From NCBI GenBank assembly GCA_963829055.1, contig CAWHHI010000019.1, forward strand, positions 88,718 through 152,717: a stretch of DNA of 64,000 bases, read 5' to 3'. The number at the start of each line of letters is the position of its first letter. Position 1 is the first letter of the stretch. The position numbers and the translations under genes are program-made. Under the pieces are notes generated by a model that saw nothing but the letters and a program-made list of their open reading frames with translations, made no database searches and was not told where the DNA came from. This DNA comes from an uncultured Gemmatimonadaceae bacterium. GTDB taxonomy: Bacteria; Gemmatimonadota; Gemmatimonadetes; Gemmatimonadales; Gemmatimonadaceae. Shown here piece by piece: positions 1 through 14,416 of the stretch.

Positions 1-1853
<1,853 letters not shown>

Positions 1854-1872
1854 CGCGTCGATTCAGGCACAA

Positions 1873-1917
1873 GAACAAACCCCTCGCGAGCCGCTGCGGC
1901 TCGCGAGGGGTTTGTTC
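1873..1917. terminator. bidirectional intrinsic terminator between convergent genes
   Basis: perfect inverted repeat gaacaaacccctcgcgagccgc-t-gcggctcgcgaggggtttgttc. Confidence 0.85.
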
Positions 1918-1932
1918 GTAAGGCCGCTGAAC

Positions 1933-4750
1933 CTAACGCGGTGTTGCGCTGCGGCGAACCGCCGCCATCGCGCGACCATAGTCATACTCACTCTGAATAG
2001 TGCCGGCCGCGCGCTCGAACGCGGGTCGCAGATTGTCGTCGATGGTGATGGCCTTCGCAAACTCCACCAGCAGGGACGCACACTCATAGTCCGAATCGAT
2101 CTTTGCGGCCGACGCGAGGACGGCCTTCGCGAGACCCGGCGTGAGGTTGCCGCGAGAGATCAGCGGCGACAATGCCCGATGGTGTTCGTAGTCGGACCCG
2201 ATCTTGTCGGCTGCGGCGAAGTATGCGTCGTTCGTCGATGCGTCCAGCCCGCCGGTCTTCGCCACCTGGATCAGAAACTCCGCGAGCTCGTAGTCGGAGG
2301 AGATACGACGAGCGTCCTCGAGGAGAGCGCGTGTCACCGACGGAGTCAGATTGCCTCCAGCGAGGATCGCGGTCAGCACACGGCGATGCTCGTAGTCCGA
2401 CTCGATCGAGCCAACCGCCTTGATGTAGACCGGGCGCGTATCGTCGTTCATCGCATACCGCTTGGAGACGCCAATCAGCAGCTCGGCCAGCTCATAGTCG
2501 GAACCGATCGTGCTCGCTGCCTCCAGGAGCGCCTGCACGGTCGCCGGTGCAAGACGATCCCGCTGCAGCAACGCAGTGAGTGCCCGACGGCGCTCATAGT
2601 CGGAGTCGATCTTCTTCGTCGCCGACACGAATGCGGCATGCGAGTCGTCACCGAACGCGTCGAGCTTCGCGACGGCAACGAGCAGTTCCGCGAGCTCGTA
2701 ATCGGACGACATCTGGCTCCCTGCCTGCTCCACCACGCGCCGGACCTGTGCCCGATCGAGTTGGCGCATCGAGAGCAGCTTCGTGTAGTAACGACGCCGC
2801 GCATAGTCGCCACTGAGCAGCGTGATCTCTTGTAGCACGCCGTCGACGCCGGCGCGCTCGAGAATCGCGGGCACTCGCTGATCCACCGCAAACGCCGTCT
2901 GGCGCTCGAGCGTGATGATCGCATCGGCAAACCACGCGCCCGCCGCCGCGTCGTACTCGGCCTTCGCACCATTGACGAAGTACGTGCGTTCCAGCGTCCC
3001 CGGGCTCGTCGGGCGAATCACGAGGCGCTTCGTGTCGTCCCCATCATGCTGCTCGATCGTAAACGACGCGCCGCTCGACATCGATTCGATGTCGGTGAGA
3101 TCGCGGTTGAACTTGAACTCTCCACGCGCATCCACTTCGAACGAGCAGTCGCCCTCGGACCACCGCACCTTCCACCGCTTCGACCCGTCGTCGGTCGTGA
3201 TCGAGGTAGAGCGCGAATGCTCTCCACCAGCAGCCTTGGCGCGATCGCACGGTGCTGTACGTGCGGCGGGTAACAGCGCCGTCTCCGCGGGGGCCGCCGC
3301 GACCGTGGCGAGTGCCGGCGCCGCCGTGGAAGCCGTGCTCGCATCGATCGAGACGACGCTCACTCGCGGCACTACCGTCTCGATCGCGTCGCTCGCTGGC
3401 GATGCCGGCAGCGCGCCAGGTGCGGCGGTGCCACCAATGCCAGACACCGTTGTGCCATTGCGTGCCGGCCTGGGTTGCGCCGCAACCGCCGGGGTTGCCG
3501 CGCGCGCGGTCGCCGTTCTCGGTGTGACTGATGCAATGCTGGCCACGACAACCGAGGCGGCTACTACCGCTTGTGCCGTCGTGAGACGCGAGACGCGGCC
3601 CCGCGGACGCCGGTCGTCGAGAACGGCCATGAGCCGCCCAGCCATCTGGGACGGTCGCGCCATCGCCAGCCCGCCTAACGCGGCAGCGCCGATGACACGT
3701 GTCGATCGTGCGACGCGCAACAGATAGTCGGCGTACTCGGACGCCTTCGAACCGGCGCGCAGTACCTCGTCGTCGCAGGCTCGCTCGCGCTCAGCGCGAA
3801 GCTGCGCCGCCGCCATCCACGCGAGTGGATTGAACCAGTGAACCGCGCACGCCAACTGCGCGGTGAGCTGCGTCAGGCAATCGTACCGGCGAACGTGCGC
3901 CAGCTCGTGACGCAACACGTCGAGTCGCTGCTCGATCGTGGAATCGAAGTCATCCGCCGGCAGCAACACGATCGGGCGAAAGACGCCCCACGTCATGGGC
4001 ATGACCGCCTCGTCGGACTCGATGAAGCGGACGCGGCGACGGACGTCGAGCTCGCGCATCGCTGAAGGCACGAGGAGCGCCCAACGGCCACCGCGCATGT
4101 CGCGCGCACGTCGCGCCACCTTCGACAGCCTGACCATGCCGACGACACACGGGATGATCGACACGATCGCGCCGAGCGCCCACACGACGACCAGCCACGG
4201 GATGAGCGATGGAGTCGCGGGCACAGTCTGCACGACCGCGCTCGCGGTCGCTGGCTCGCCATCGCCCCCGGCCGAGCTGATGCTCCGCGACTCGCACCAC
4301 GTATGCATCGCGTTCCAGGCGCAGTACCGCCGTCGTCGCGGGCGAGGACGCCATGCGCGTAACGGCGCGCCGTCGCGGCACCGCTGTCCCGCCGACCGAC
4401 ACGGTACTTGGAGCGCGCGGGGCCAGCGACAACACGATGTTCGACGACGCCCCGCTGAGCGCAGGCGAAACCGTGACGGCATCCAGGCGCGGAGTCTCAT
4501 TCGACAACCAGCGTGGCACCGCGATGCCCCAACGCGGAACGATCGCGGCGATCGCCGGCGCGACAAGCGCACCGGTGAGTGACAGAGTCCAGATGAGGTG
4601 TCGCGTCGCCGCCGACGCGGCGCGCGCGACGAGCGCACACAGGGCGCCGACCATCAGGATGATCATTCCCTTTGCAAACGCGCCGATCAGCAGCGGCGCC
4701 ACGCCGACGACGCTGGCGGCGTCGAGAAAGTCGTTGACATGCATGGTCAC
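1933..4750 (-). CDS. BlaR1/MecR1-like M56 metallopeptidase with C-terminal SDYE helical repeats (one frameshift near 4300)
   Basis: N-terminal TM segments in ORF 3950..4750; PMTWG, HELAH and ERERACDD in ORF 1933..4638; follows a BlaI-type gene. Confidence 0.88.
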
Positions 4751-5136
4751 TTTCCCTCTCGTTTGGCCTTTTCGATCAACGCCGCGAGCTGTTCGGCTTC
4801 GTTGGCCGAGAGCTGGGACTCGGACATGTCGAGCAGGGCGGCAACGGCTTGCGTGGACGATCCATCAAAGAACGTCTTCACGAGCTGCCGGAGCGCCGAC
4901 TGCCGCGCCGCGGTGCGTGGCACGACTGGTGAGTAGACATAACGCGGCCCATCCGCACGGTGTGTCAGGTGCCCCTTGTCCTCGAGGATCCGCAGCATCG
5001 CACGAACTGCGGAATAGCTCGGCGGGTCAGGCAGCCGCTCGAGCACGTCGGCTGCCGAGGCCGATCGCAGACCGTAGACGATCTCCATGATCTGCCGTTC
5101 GCGACGACTGAGCTGCGGCGGTTTTTTCTCGGCCAT
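4747..5136 (-). CDS. BlaI/MecI/CopY family repressor
   Basis: LSRRERQIME...YSAVRAMLRILEDKG...RYVYSP...FFDGS; overlaps the M56 gene start. Confidence 0.93.
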   Translation of the reverse strand: MAEKKPPQLSRRERQIMEIVYGLRSASAADVLERLPDPPSYSAVRAMLRILEDKGHLTHRADGPRYVYSPVVPRTAARQSALRQLVKTFFDGSSTQAVAALLDMSESQLSANEAEQLAALIEKAKREGK

Positions 5137-5195
5137 CGAATGCGGGGTGGAGGTCAGGCAGGCGCGCGGCTGCTCAGGAACGGCACGATCGCGTA

Positions 5196-5250
5196 TGCTA
5201 ACAATTTAGCAGTGTGTTAAATCTTTAGCATCGGAAATCGCGGCTGTCAA
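5196..5250 (-). promoter_or_regulatory. sigma70-type promoter with two palindromic operators for the BlaI-like repressor
   Basis: minus strand TTGACA-17bp-TAAAGA with an extended TG; TGCTAA-N4-TTAGCA (5196-5211) and TGTTAA-N4-TTAGCA (5215-5230). Confidence 0.75.
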
Positions 5251-5449
5251 GGGACGCTTCCCCGTCCGGCTGGCGCCGCGACCGAGAGGTGTGCGCGCGT
5301 TGCGCCTTCACGCATGAGCGCCGGCGAGTGACGGGCTGGACTGCCGACTGACGCCGTTATGACGCCTGAATGACTGTCAGCTAACCGATGGCGCGTAGCG
5401 TGTCGCGTCGTGTCGGTTTCGGCGTACCTCTCTTCAACGAGGGAATCTC

Positions 5450-5978
5450 ATGAACGCCTCGCGCATCATCATCGCCTGGACAGTCCTGGGACTCTGTGCC
5501 TGCTCGGACAACCCAGCATCACCGCGTGCTCCCCTGTCGCCGGTAACGGAAGGCCCGAAGTTCGCCGCGCTCGCCTCTACCACCAGCGACGTGTTCCCCG
5601 TCGAGATCGCGCAGTTCGTTCCGTGTGCGAATGGCGGCGCCGGCGAAATCGTGGTCGTGTCCGGCAACCTCCACCAGGTGCTGAGCACGGTCATCAGTGC
5701 GAACGGGAACATCACCGTGAGAAGCCATTTTCAGCCGCAGGGCATCTCCGGCGTCGGCCTAACGACAGGTGACAAATACCAGGCGACCGGGGTGACCGAA
5801 TTCTCGGACACCTTCGGGGCGCCGTTCCCGGTCACATCGACGTTCGTCAACAACTTCCGTTTCATCGGCGCGGGCGCTGGGAACAATCTTCTGATCCACG
5901 AAGTAGCGCACCTGACGATCAATGCGAACGGCGTCGTGAGGGTGGACCGTGGACAACTTCAGCGAGGAATGTCGCTGA
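5450..5978 (+). CDS. secreted hypothetical lipoprotein (probable indel near 5945; true end probably ...VDNFSEECR*)
   Basis: signal peptide with lipobox-like CACS; a terminator at 6021 lies inside the called ORF extension. Confidence 0.65.
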
Positions 5979-6020
5979 AGGCAGACCACAGAACCGCAAA
6001 CGCAGTCAACGAGCGCACTC

Positions 6021-6058
6021 AGCGGGAGGCCCGACGTCGGGCCTCCCGCTCAGCTTTT
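6021..6058. terminator. intrinsic terminator
   Basis: palindrome agcgggaggcccgacgtcgggcctcccgct followed by cagctttt. Confidence 0.75.
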
Positions 6059-6088
6059 CACGCCGGCGACTGGCCGGCATTGCTACGC

Positions 6089-6352
6089 TCAGCCGTTCCG
6101 CTTGGACTCGTCGAACAGGATCTTCGCGTACGCGAGGTGAGCGGCAATGATCCCGAGCACAGGAATCGCCGCGCTGATCCAGGTCAGCGTCGCGTGGGTG
6201 GAGTCGATGCCGCCGGTTGACGTTGGACGCGACCCGAACGCGATGAGGGCATAGAGCCCGAGTACTCCGAATCCGACACCGACCGCGCCGAGCGCGGCGA
6301 GCTTCGCGTACTTGCGAACCGATGGCGGTGTGCGAGTGGCAGGTGCAGTCAT
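6089..6352 (-). CDS. small 2-TM membrane protein
   Basis: two hydrophobic helices; directly downstream of the phosphorylase gene. Confidence 0.7.
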   Translation of the reverse strand: MTAPATRTPPSVRKYAKLAALGAVGVGFGVLGLYALIAFGSRPTSTGGIDSTHATLTWISAAIPVLGIIAAHLAYAKILFDESKRNG

Positions 6353-6371
6353 TGTCGATAATCGATCGGGG

Positions 6372-7712
6372 TCAATCGTGTTCGAAGGATGTCACGCCGT
6401 TCGCCGTGACGCGATGAGAGATGAGCGGGAGCGGCAGCTCTGCCTCGTCGGCAATGGAGATCGCCTGTCTCAACGCCGCCAGTCCGGTCTCGACGCCCGC
6501 ACGGTCGCGCGCGAACACCGTGGCGAGCGGCTCGCCTTGCTGCACGACGTCTCCCGGCTTCGCGGTGATGACGAATCCGACCGATGGGTCGACGGTATCG
6601 TCCATTCGCGTTCGCCCGCCGCCTAACGCCGTGACGCCTCGGCCCACGACGCGCGGTTCGACGCGCGCGATGACGCCCGAGCGTGACGAGAGGAACAGTT
6701 CGCACGCGCGAGCCTGCGGCAGGACCGCCGGATCGTCCACGACGCCCGGGTTACCACCCTGGGCTTCGATGATCTCCTCGAATTTCCGCGCCGCCTTGCC
6801 GCTGGAGATTGCGACCTCCATCGCGCGCCGCGCGGCGTCGCGGTTCGCGGCGACGCCGCCCACCACCAACATCTCCGCGCCTAACGCGTACGTCACGCCG
6901 AGCACGTCCGGCGGTCCCTCGCCGCGCAGCGTATGGATGGCCTCCTCCACCTCCAGCGCGTTGCCGCACGCGCGACCGAGGGGCCGGTCCATCGCCGTGA
7001 TGAGCGCGACGACGGTGCACCCGCGATCCTCGCCGAGGTTGATCATCGTCTGCGCGAGCTCGAGCTCGCGATCGAGGTCGGGGAGGAACGCCCCCGCGCC
7101 TCGCTTCACGTCGAGCACCAGCCCCGTGAGCCCTTCCGCGAGTTTCTTGCTCATGATGCTCGCGGCGATGAGCGGGACACTCTCCACCGTCGATGTCGCG
7201 TCTCGAAGCGCGTACATCTTGCGATCGGCGGGCGCGATCTCCGCACTCTGCCCGAGCATCGCGCACCCGATCCGCTCGATCTGCGCGGTGGCTTCGGCGA
7301 GTGTGAGCGTCGTGCGAAATCCGGGAATCGACTCCAGCTTGTCGAGTGTTCCTCCGGTGTGACCGAGCCCGCGGCCGCTCATCATCGGCACGGCAACGCC
7401 CAAGGAGGAGACGAGAGGCGCGAGCACGAGCGAGATCTTGTCCCCGACGCCGCCCGTCGAATGCTTGTCGACGCGGCCCATGTCGAGGTGGTCCAGGTTC
7501 AGCACGGCCCCGGTCGCGAGCATGGCATCGGTGAGCGCATTCGTCTCGGCGCGATCGAGCCCGCGGATATAGGCCGCCATGAGAAACGCGGCCATCTGGT
7601 AGTCGGGCACGTGCCCGGCGGCGTACGCGCTCGTCAACGCGCGCCATTCACCCGGCTCGATTCGCCCGCCATCGCGCTTTCGCTCGATGAGTCGTTGCGC
7701 GAGCGCGGTCAC
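6372..7712 (-). CDS. pdp: pyrimidine-nucleoside/thymidine phosphorylase
   Basis: DKHSTGGVGDK, SGRGLGHTGGTLDKLESIPG, SIMSKK. Confidence 0.95.
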   Translation of the reverse strand: MTALAQRLIERKRDGGRIEPGEWRALTSAYAAGHVPDYQMAAFLMAAYIRGLDRAETNALTDAMLATGAVLNLDHLDMGRVDKHSTGGVGDKISLVLAPLVSSLGVAVPMMSGRGLGHTGGTLDKLESIPGFRTTLTLAEATAQIERIGCAMLGQSAEIAPADRKMYALRDATSTVESVPLIAASIMSKKLAEGLTGLVLDVKRGAGAFLPDLDRELELAQTMINLGEDRGCTVVALITAMDRPLGRACGNALEVEEAIHTLRGEGPPDVLGVTYALGAEMLVVGGVAANRDAARRAMEVAISSGKAARKFEEIIEAQGGNPGVVDDPAVLPQARACELFLSSRSGVIARVEPRVVGRGVTALGGGRTRMDDTVDPSVGFVITAKPGDVVQQGEPLATVFARDRAGVETGLAALRQAISIADEAELPLPLISHRVTANGVTSFEHD

Positions 7713-7867
7713 GTCGCCGCCCGGCGAGCCACGCGATAGCCCACGTGATTACAGTTGATACGTCGTGATGATGAGCTTTGGCCGGTTTCCGGGGTATTCG
7801 TACGTTGCCATCTGGGAGGCGAGCCGCGCCGCGTGCTGGCTCGCCATGCACTCATACCGGAGTACTC

Positions 7868-8629
7868 ATGTCGTTTCGGTCGTTCGTCGCGGGACTGTTC
7901 CTGATCGCCGGCGCCGCCCGCGCTCAGTCGCCCGCGCAGCACATCGCCCTGGGCGACAGCATGTACGCACAGTTCAAACCCGACGAGGCCCTGCCCCACT
8001 ACCTCGCGGCTATCGGCGCCGATTCGTCGAACGCGGAGGCGTTGTGGAAAGCAGCGCGGAGCGATGTGGACCTCGCGGAAGCCGAAAAGGATGAAGGGCG
8101 GCGTGATCGCTTCTCCAAAGCTGGTGAGGCGCTCGCGCGCCGTTCGATTCGCGTGAATGCGCAGGACGCTGACGCTCACTTCACCCTCGCGCGAGCACTT
8201 GGCCGGCGCGCACTCACGCTCGGCGTCCGCGATCGGATCAAGTACGCGACGGACGTGCGATCCGAGGCGCTGGAAGCGCTCCGGCTCAACCCGAACCATC
8301 CCGGCGCGCTCCACGTGATGGGCGTGTGGAACGCTGAGGTCATGCGACTGAACGGCGTGTCACGCTTCTTTGCGAAGAACGTCCTCGGGGGACGAGTATT
8401 TGGCGAAGCGAGCTGGGACAGAGCGGTGTCGTACATGGAGCGCGCGGTCGCCGTCGACCCCGACCGAATCGTGCACCATCTCGACCTCGGCAAGATTTAC
8501 GTGGACGTGGGCGACAAGGCAAAGGCGCAGGCCCAGTTCGACCTCGCCATTCGCGGCCGACGCATCGATTTCAGCGATCCGGCATTTCAGCGCGACGCCC
8601 AGAACGCGCTGCAGAAGCTCAAGAGCTAG
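7868..8629 (+). CDS. secreted TPR-repeat protein
   Basis: signal peptide ending AARA; TPR-like helices (ALRLNPNHPGALH, AVAVDPDRIVHHLDLG). Confidence 0.8.
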   Translation: MSFRSFVAGLFLIAGAARAQSPAQHIALGDSMYAQFKPDEALPHYLAAIGADSSNAEALWKAARSDVDLAEAEKDEGRRDRFSKAGEALARRSIRVNAQDADAHFTLARALGRRALTLGVRDRIKYATDVRSEALEALRLNPNHPGALHVMGVWNAEVMRLNGVSRFFAKNVLGGRVFGEASWDRAVSYMERAVAVDPDRIVHHLDLGKIYVDVGDKAKAQAQFDLAIRGRRIDFSDPAFQRDAQNALQKLKS

Positions 8630-9069
8630 TCGATCACGTCGCTCGCGCGCCATCGCGCGCGGCGCACCGCGTGACGCGCGCGCCGGCGACCACGCCTCGC
8701 GACCGCGGCCAACTCCATGGCGAGGTCACCCCAGGCATCGCCCGCGCGATGCCTGGCGACGCGTGCCTTCCGGCGAATCGCTGTCCGGGTCTCTTCACCC
8801 GAATTGGGGGCAAGGAGCAACGCTGCTCCGGCGCCTACCGCGGCGCCGATCAGCAGTCCGGCCCCCACCAGTCCGATACGCTCCCAGTTGACACTTCGGC
8901 GGTACGATGACCCACGTGGTCGCGTTACCGCGGGTGAGTCGTCCTCTACACGGACGTCGGGGTCACGCCGCGCATTGCTGGACGAGGGCGAGTCGTCATC
9001 AGACGTCGTTGAGGGCGTTCCGGGACGTTTGCGCCCGGCGCGAGGTAAGCTGGGATCGGCGAATGACAT
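8626..9069 (-). CDS. YtxH domain protein
   Basis: GLLIGAAVGAGAALLLAPNSGEETRTAI. Confidence 0.85.
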   Translation of the reverse strand: MSFADPSLPRAGRKRPGTPSTTSDDDSPSSSNARRDPDVRVEDDSPAVTRPRGSSYRRSVNWERIGLVGAGLLIGAAVGAGAALLLAPNSGEETRTAIRRKARVARHRAGDAWGDLAMELAAVARRGRRRARHAVRRARWRASDVID

Positions 9070-9326
9070 GGTGCTGGCTCTCTTTTTTGGCTGGTAAGAA
9101 TCTTGCTATCTTCGGTCAGCAACGCGAGCACCGTCCGGCAGACGGCTCTTCAGAGGTACATCGGTCCCTGTCGTGCTGCATGCTGGTAGCCAGGAACGTT
9201 CGCGCTCGGTTGGGGACCACTCCGGTGCCTGACGCGCCATGATCTGGGCGCACTCTCGAGTGCCGCAATGCGCATATGTTTACCGACAGACCGATTGGAT
9301 CATCCGCGTCAGCCGTGAGGACTCGC

Positions 9327-9716
9327 ATGAACGGGAAGGGGAAGACAGTCCTGCTTGTGGAAGACAACGAGGATAACCGCATCGTTTATTCCACGATCCT
9401 CCGGCACTTCGGCTATACCGTCACGGAAGCGCTGAACGGGGAAGAAGGCATCAGCAAGGCGCGGGCAGAAAAGCCCGACCTCATTCTGATGGACATTTCC
9501 ATTCCGATCATCGACGGGTGGGAAGCGACGCAGGTGCTCAAGCACGATCCCGCGACGAACGACATCCCGATCATCGCGCTGACTGCTCATGCGCTCGCCT
9601 CGGACCGCGAGAAGGCCATGGAAGTCGGCTGCGATGGGTACCTCGCAAAACCGTGTGAGCCGCGAGCAGTGGTGGCCGAGGTACAGCGGTTCCTCGGACG
9701 CGACAATGGGTCGTGA
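9327..9716 (+). CDS. single-domain response regulator (DivK-like)
   Basis: LLVEDNEDN, ILMDISIP, ALTAHA, GCDGYLAKP. Confidence 0.92.
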   Translation: MNGKGKTVLLVEDNEDNRIVYSTILRHFGYTVTEALNGEEGISKARAEKPDLILMDISIPIIDGWEATQVLKHDPATNDIPIIALTAHALASDREKAMEVGCDGYLAKPCEPRAVVAEVQRFLGRDNGS

Positions 9717-10791
9717 CACACCCGCGCGAATCCTGATCGTCGACGATCACGAAGACAACATCGAGCTGTTGCGGGCGCGCCTCGAAGCGCGTGGCTATTG
9801 CATTGATACCGCCATGGACGGCGAGCAGGCCCTCGCTCGCGTCGCCAACACAGCACCCGATCTGATTCTGCTCGACGTGATGATGCCGCGCATCGACGGG
9901 TTCGAAGTCGTGCGACGGCTCAAGGCAGACAAGACGCTGCCGTTCATCCCCATCATCCTGCAGACGGCCCTCGATTCCACCGAGCACAAGGTGGAAGGTC
10001 TCGACGCGGGAGCCGATGATTACATCACGAAGCCCATCAACTTCGCCGAGCTCGAAGCGCGCGTGAAGTCGATGCTACGCATCAAGGCGTTGCAGGACGC
10101 TCTCGAAGAACGAGAGCGCGAGCTGTCGGAGGTGAACAGCCGGCTGCTCAAGATGGCGCAGACCGATTCGCTGACGGAGCTCGACAACCGACGCTACCTC
10201 GAGCAGCGCCTCGATGAAATGTTCGAACACTCGCGACGACTGAGAGAGCCCGTCGCGGTGGTGCTGTGTGATCTGGATCGCTTCAAGAGTGTGAACGACA
10301 CCTACGGCCATCAGGTCGGCGATGTGGTATTGAAGGAGCTCGCGCGCATCCTCAAGAAAGAAGCGCGTGAGATCGACCGCGTCGGCCGGTACGGTGGTGA
10401 AGAGTTCATGCTCCTGTTGCCAGGGACGGTGCTCGACGCAGCCGTTACCTTCGCCGAGCGCGTGCGTAAAGCAGTAGAGGCTCACACGTTCTCTTTTGAC
10501 GGCGGGACACTGCAGCGCACGATGAGCTGCGGCGTGGCGGCGTGGCCGCACCCCCGGATCGCGGACTGTGATGCACTCGTCAAAGCTGCCGACGACGCGC
10601 TGTACGTGGCGAAGGAGACGGGAAGGAACCGTGTCATTCGTTTCGACAGCCAGGCCTTCAACGAGCACACCCAGGGCAAGACCGATGATCCACACGCCGA
10701 GATTGATGTCAGCGATCGAGCGCTATACCCAGCCGGAGCCGGAGACGGCCCAGCTGCGGGAGAGGATCGCGGAGCTTCAACGCGAGCGTGA
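9706..10791 (+). CDS. REC-GGDEF diguanylate cyclase
   Basis: receiver domain, GGEEF active site, RxxD I-site (REID). Confidence 0.93.
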   Translation: MGRDTPARILIVDDHEDNIELLRARLEARGYCIDTAMDGEQALARVANTAPDLILLDVMMPRIDGFEVVRRLKADKTLPFIPIILQTALDSTEHKVEGLDAGADDYITKPINFAELEARVKSMLRIKALQDALEERERELSEVNSRLLKMAQTDSLTELDNRRYLEQRLDEMFEHSRRLREPVAVVLCDLDRFKSVNDTYGHQVGDVVLKELARILKKEAREIDRVGRYGGEEFMLLLPGTVLDAAVTFAERVRKAVEAHTFSFDGGTLQRTMSCGVAAWPHPRIADCDALVKAADDALYVAKETGRNRVIRFDSQAFNEHTQGKTDDPHAEIDVSDRALYPAGAGDGPAAGEDRGASTRA

Positions 10792-11494
10792 TCAGCTCGT
10801 CGCGGTCGTCGACATCCTGCAGGACATTTCGTCCTCGCTGCATTTCGTAGACATTCTGCAGGCCATCGCCCGCAAGCTGGGCGAGACGTTCGGCCTGGAT
10901 CGATGCTCGATCTACCTCGCGGGCGGTAATGCGGAAGTGCGGCTCGTCGCGAGCTACGAAGACCCGTCCATCCGGAACCTCGTCGTCGACCTCGATCGTT
11001 ACCCGGAGCTCAAGCGGGCGTTCGAGTCCGGTGACACGGTGTTCATCCCCGACGCGCCTAACGACCCGCTCCTGCAGAACGCGCGCGCCGCGCTCGATGT
11101 CCGGAATGTCCGCTCGATCGTCGTCGTGCCCATCCGATGGCGATCCTCGGTCATCGGCGCGATCTTCCTGCGCACGGAGCGCGAGTCGGATGCGTTCACC
11201 GAGAGTGACGTCCGTTTCTGCCAGGTGATCGCGTCGCTCACGGCCAAGGCGCTTCGCAACGCGCACCGCTTCGAGTCGCTGCTCCGCTCGAGTGATGACC
11301 GCGAAGACACGCGACGCCGCTCGGAGCTCGAGCGAATCGCGCTCGTCGCGTTCCTTCGACGGCTGCTCGATCGTCATACGGCGCGCGAGGATCACCTCTG
11401 GGCCGAAACGCTGCTGCCCCGTGCGTCCGACGACGAGCTGGATCGGCTGGTCTCCGTTGCGATGCAAGTACTGGAAGAAGAAGCAAAGGGATAG
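10685..11494 (+). CDS. GAF domain protein with no recognisable output domain
   Basis: coiled coil followed by GAF features (DRCSIYL, RSIVVVPI, FTESDVRF). Confidence 0.8.
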   Translation: MIHTPRLMSAIERYTQPEPETAQLRERIAELQRERDQLVAVVDILQDISSSLHFVDILQAIARKLGETFGLDRCSIYLAGGNAEVRLVASYEDPSIRNLVVDLDRYPELKRAFESGDTVFIPDAPNDPLLQNARAALDVRNVRSIVVVPIRWRSSVIGAIFLRTERESDAFTESDVRFCQVIASLTAKALRNAHRFESLLRSSDDREDTRRRSELERIALVAFLRRLLDRHTAREDHLWAETLLPRASDDELDRLVSVAMQVLEEEAKG

Positions 11495-11578
11495 GTCGAA
11501 CGGCGGCTGGTTGCTGGGTGGTCGTGCTGGTTGCTGGGTGACGCTGAGGTGAGTGCTCGCCGTTGAGCTGCTGGCTGA

Positions 11579-13739
<2,161 letters not shown>

Positions 13740-13778
13740 GCCATCACCGACAGCCATTTCATGCACAGTCCGAAAGCC

Positions 13779-14378
13779 ATGCCACAGTCGCTCGATCTCG
13801 CGAACCATCAGCTGCTCGCGCTCACGCGCTCGTCGCTCGCCGCGCTTCGATCGGCACTGATTCGCGATGCCGGTCCCGCAGCCGCGGCGTACCTGCAGGA
13901 GGCCGGCTACGCGGGTGGCGAGACAATGTTCGAGTCGTTTCGTAGCTGGGTCGGCACGCGCACGGACGCGCAGCCCGAGGAGCTCGACGTCGAGCAGTTC
14001 GAACAGCTGGCGACCGAGTACTTCCGCGACGCGGGCTGGGGATCGCTCCGGGTCGGGACCCTGAACGACGCGGTGGCGACGCTCGACTCAGAGGATTGGG
14101 GCGAGGCCGATCCGAACAGCGGCCTGGATTACCCCGCCTGTCACCTGACGACGGGCATGTTCGCCGACTTCTTCGGCCGCATTGCCGACACGCCGCTCGC
14201 GGTGCTGGAGGTGGAATGCCGCTCGATGGGCGCGCCACGATGCCGGTTTCTGGTCGGCAACGCGGACGTCATGGAGCACGTGTACGACGAAATGGGCCGC
14301 GGCGTAGCGTACGACGAGGCGGTAAGCGGCGTCTCTGAACTGCGGCGGTTGCTGGGTGGTCGTGCGGTGGCTGGGTAG
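13779..14378 (+). CDS. stand-alone V4R domain protein
   Basis: GWG motif, C..H...G.F, EVECRSMGAPRCRF. Confidence 0.85.
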   Translation: MPQSLDLANHQLLALTRSSLAALRSALIRDAGPAAAAYLQEAGYAGGETMFESFRSWVGTRTDAQPEELDVEQFEQLATEYFRDAGWGSLRVGTLNDAVATLDSEDWGEADPNSGLDYPACHLTTGMFADFFGRIADTPLAVLEVECRSMGAPRCRFLVGNADVMEHVYDEMGRGVAYDEAVSGVSELRRLLGGRAVAG

Positions 14379-14416
14379 CTGGGTGCTACCCGCAACAGCG
14401 AGCATCCAGCGCTGTA

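Noticed and set aside
5360..5400. GTCAGCTAACC resembling the 3' part of the c-di-AMP riboswitch
   Set aside because: The other conserved elements (GGGGGACCC, GGGGTGAAT) are absent
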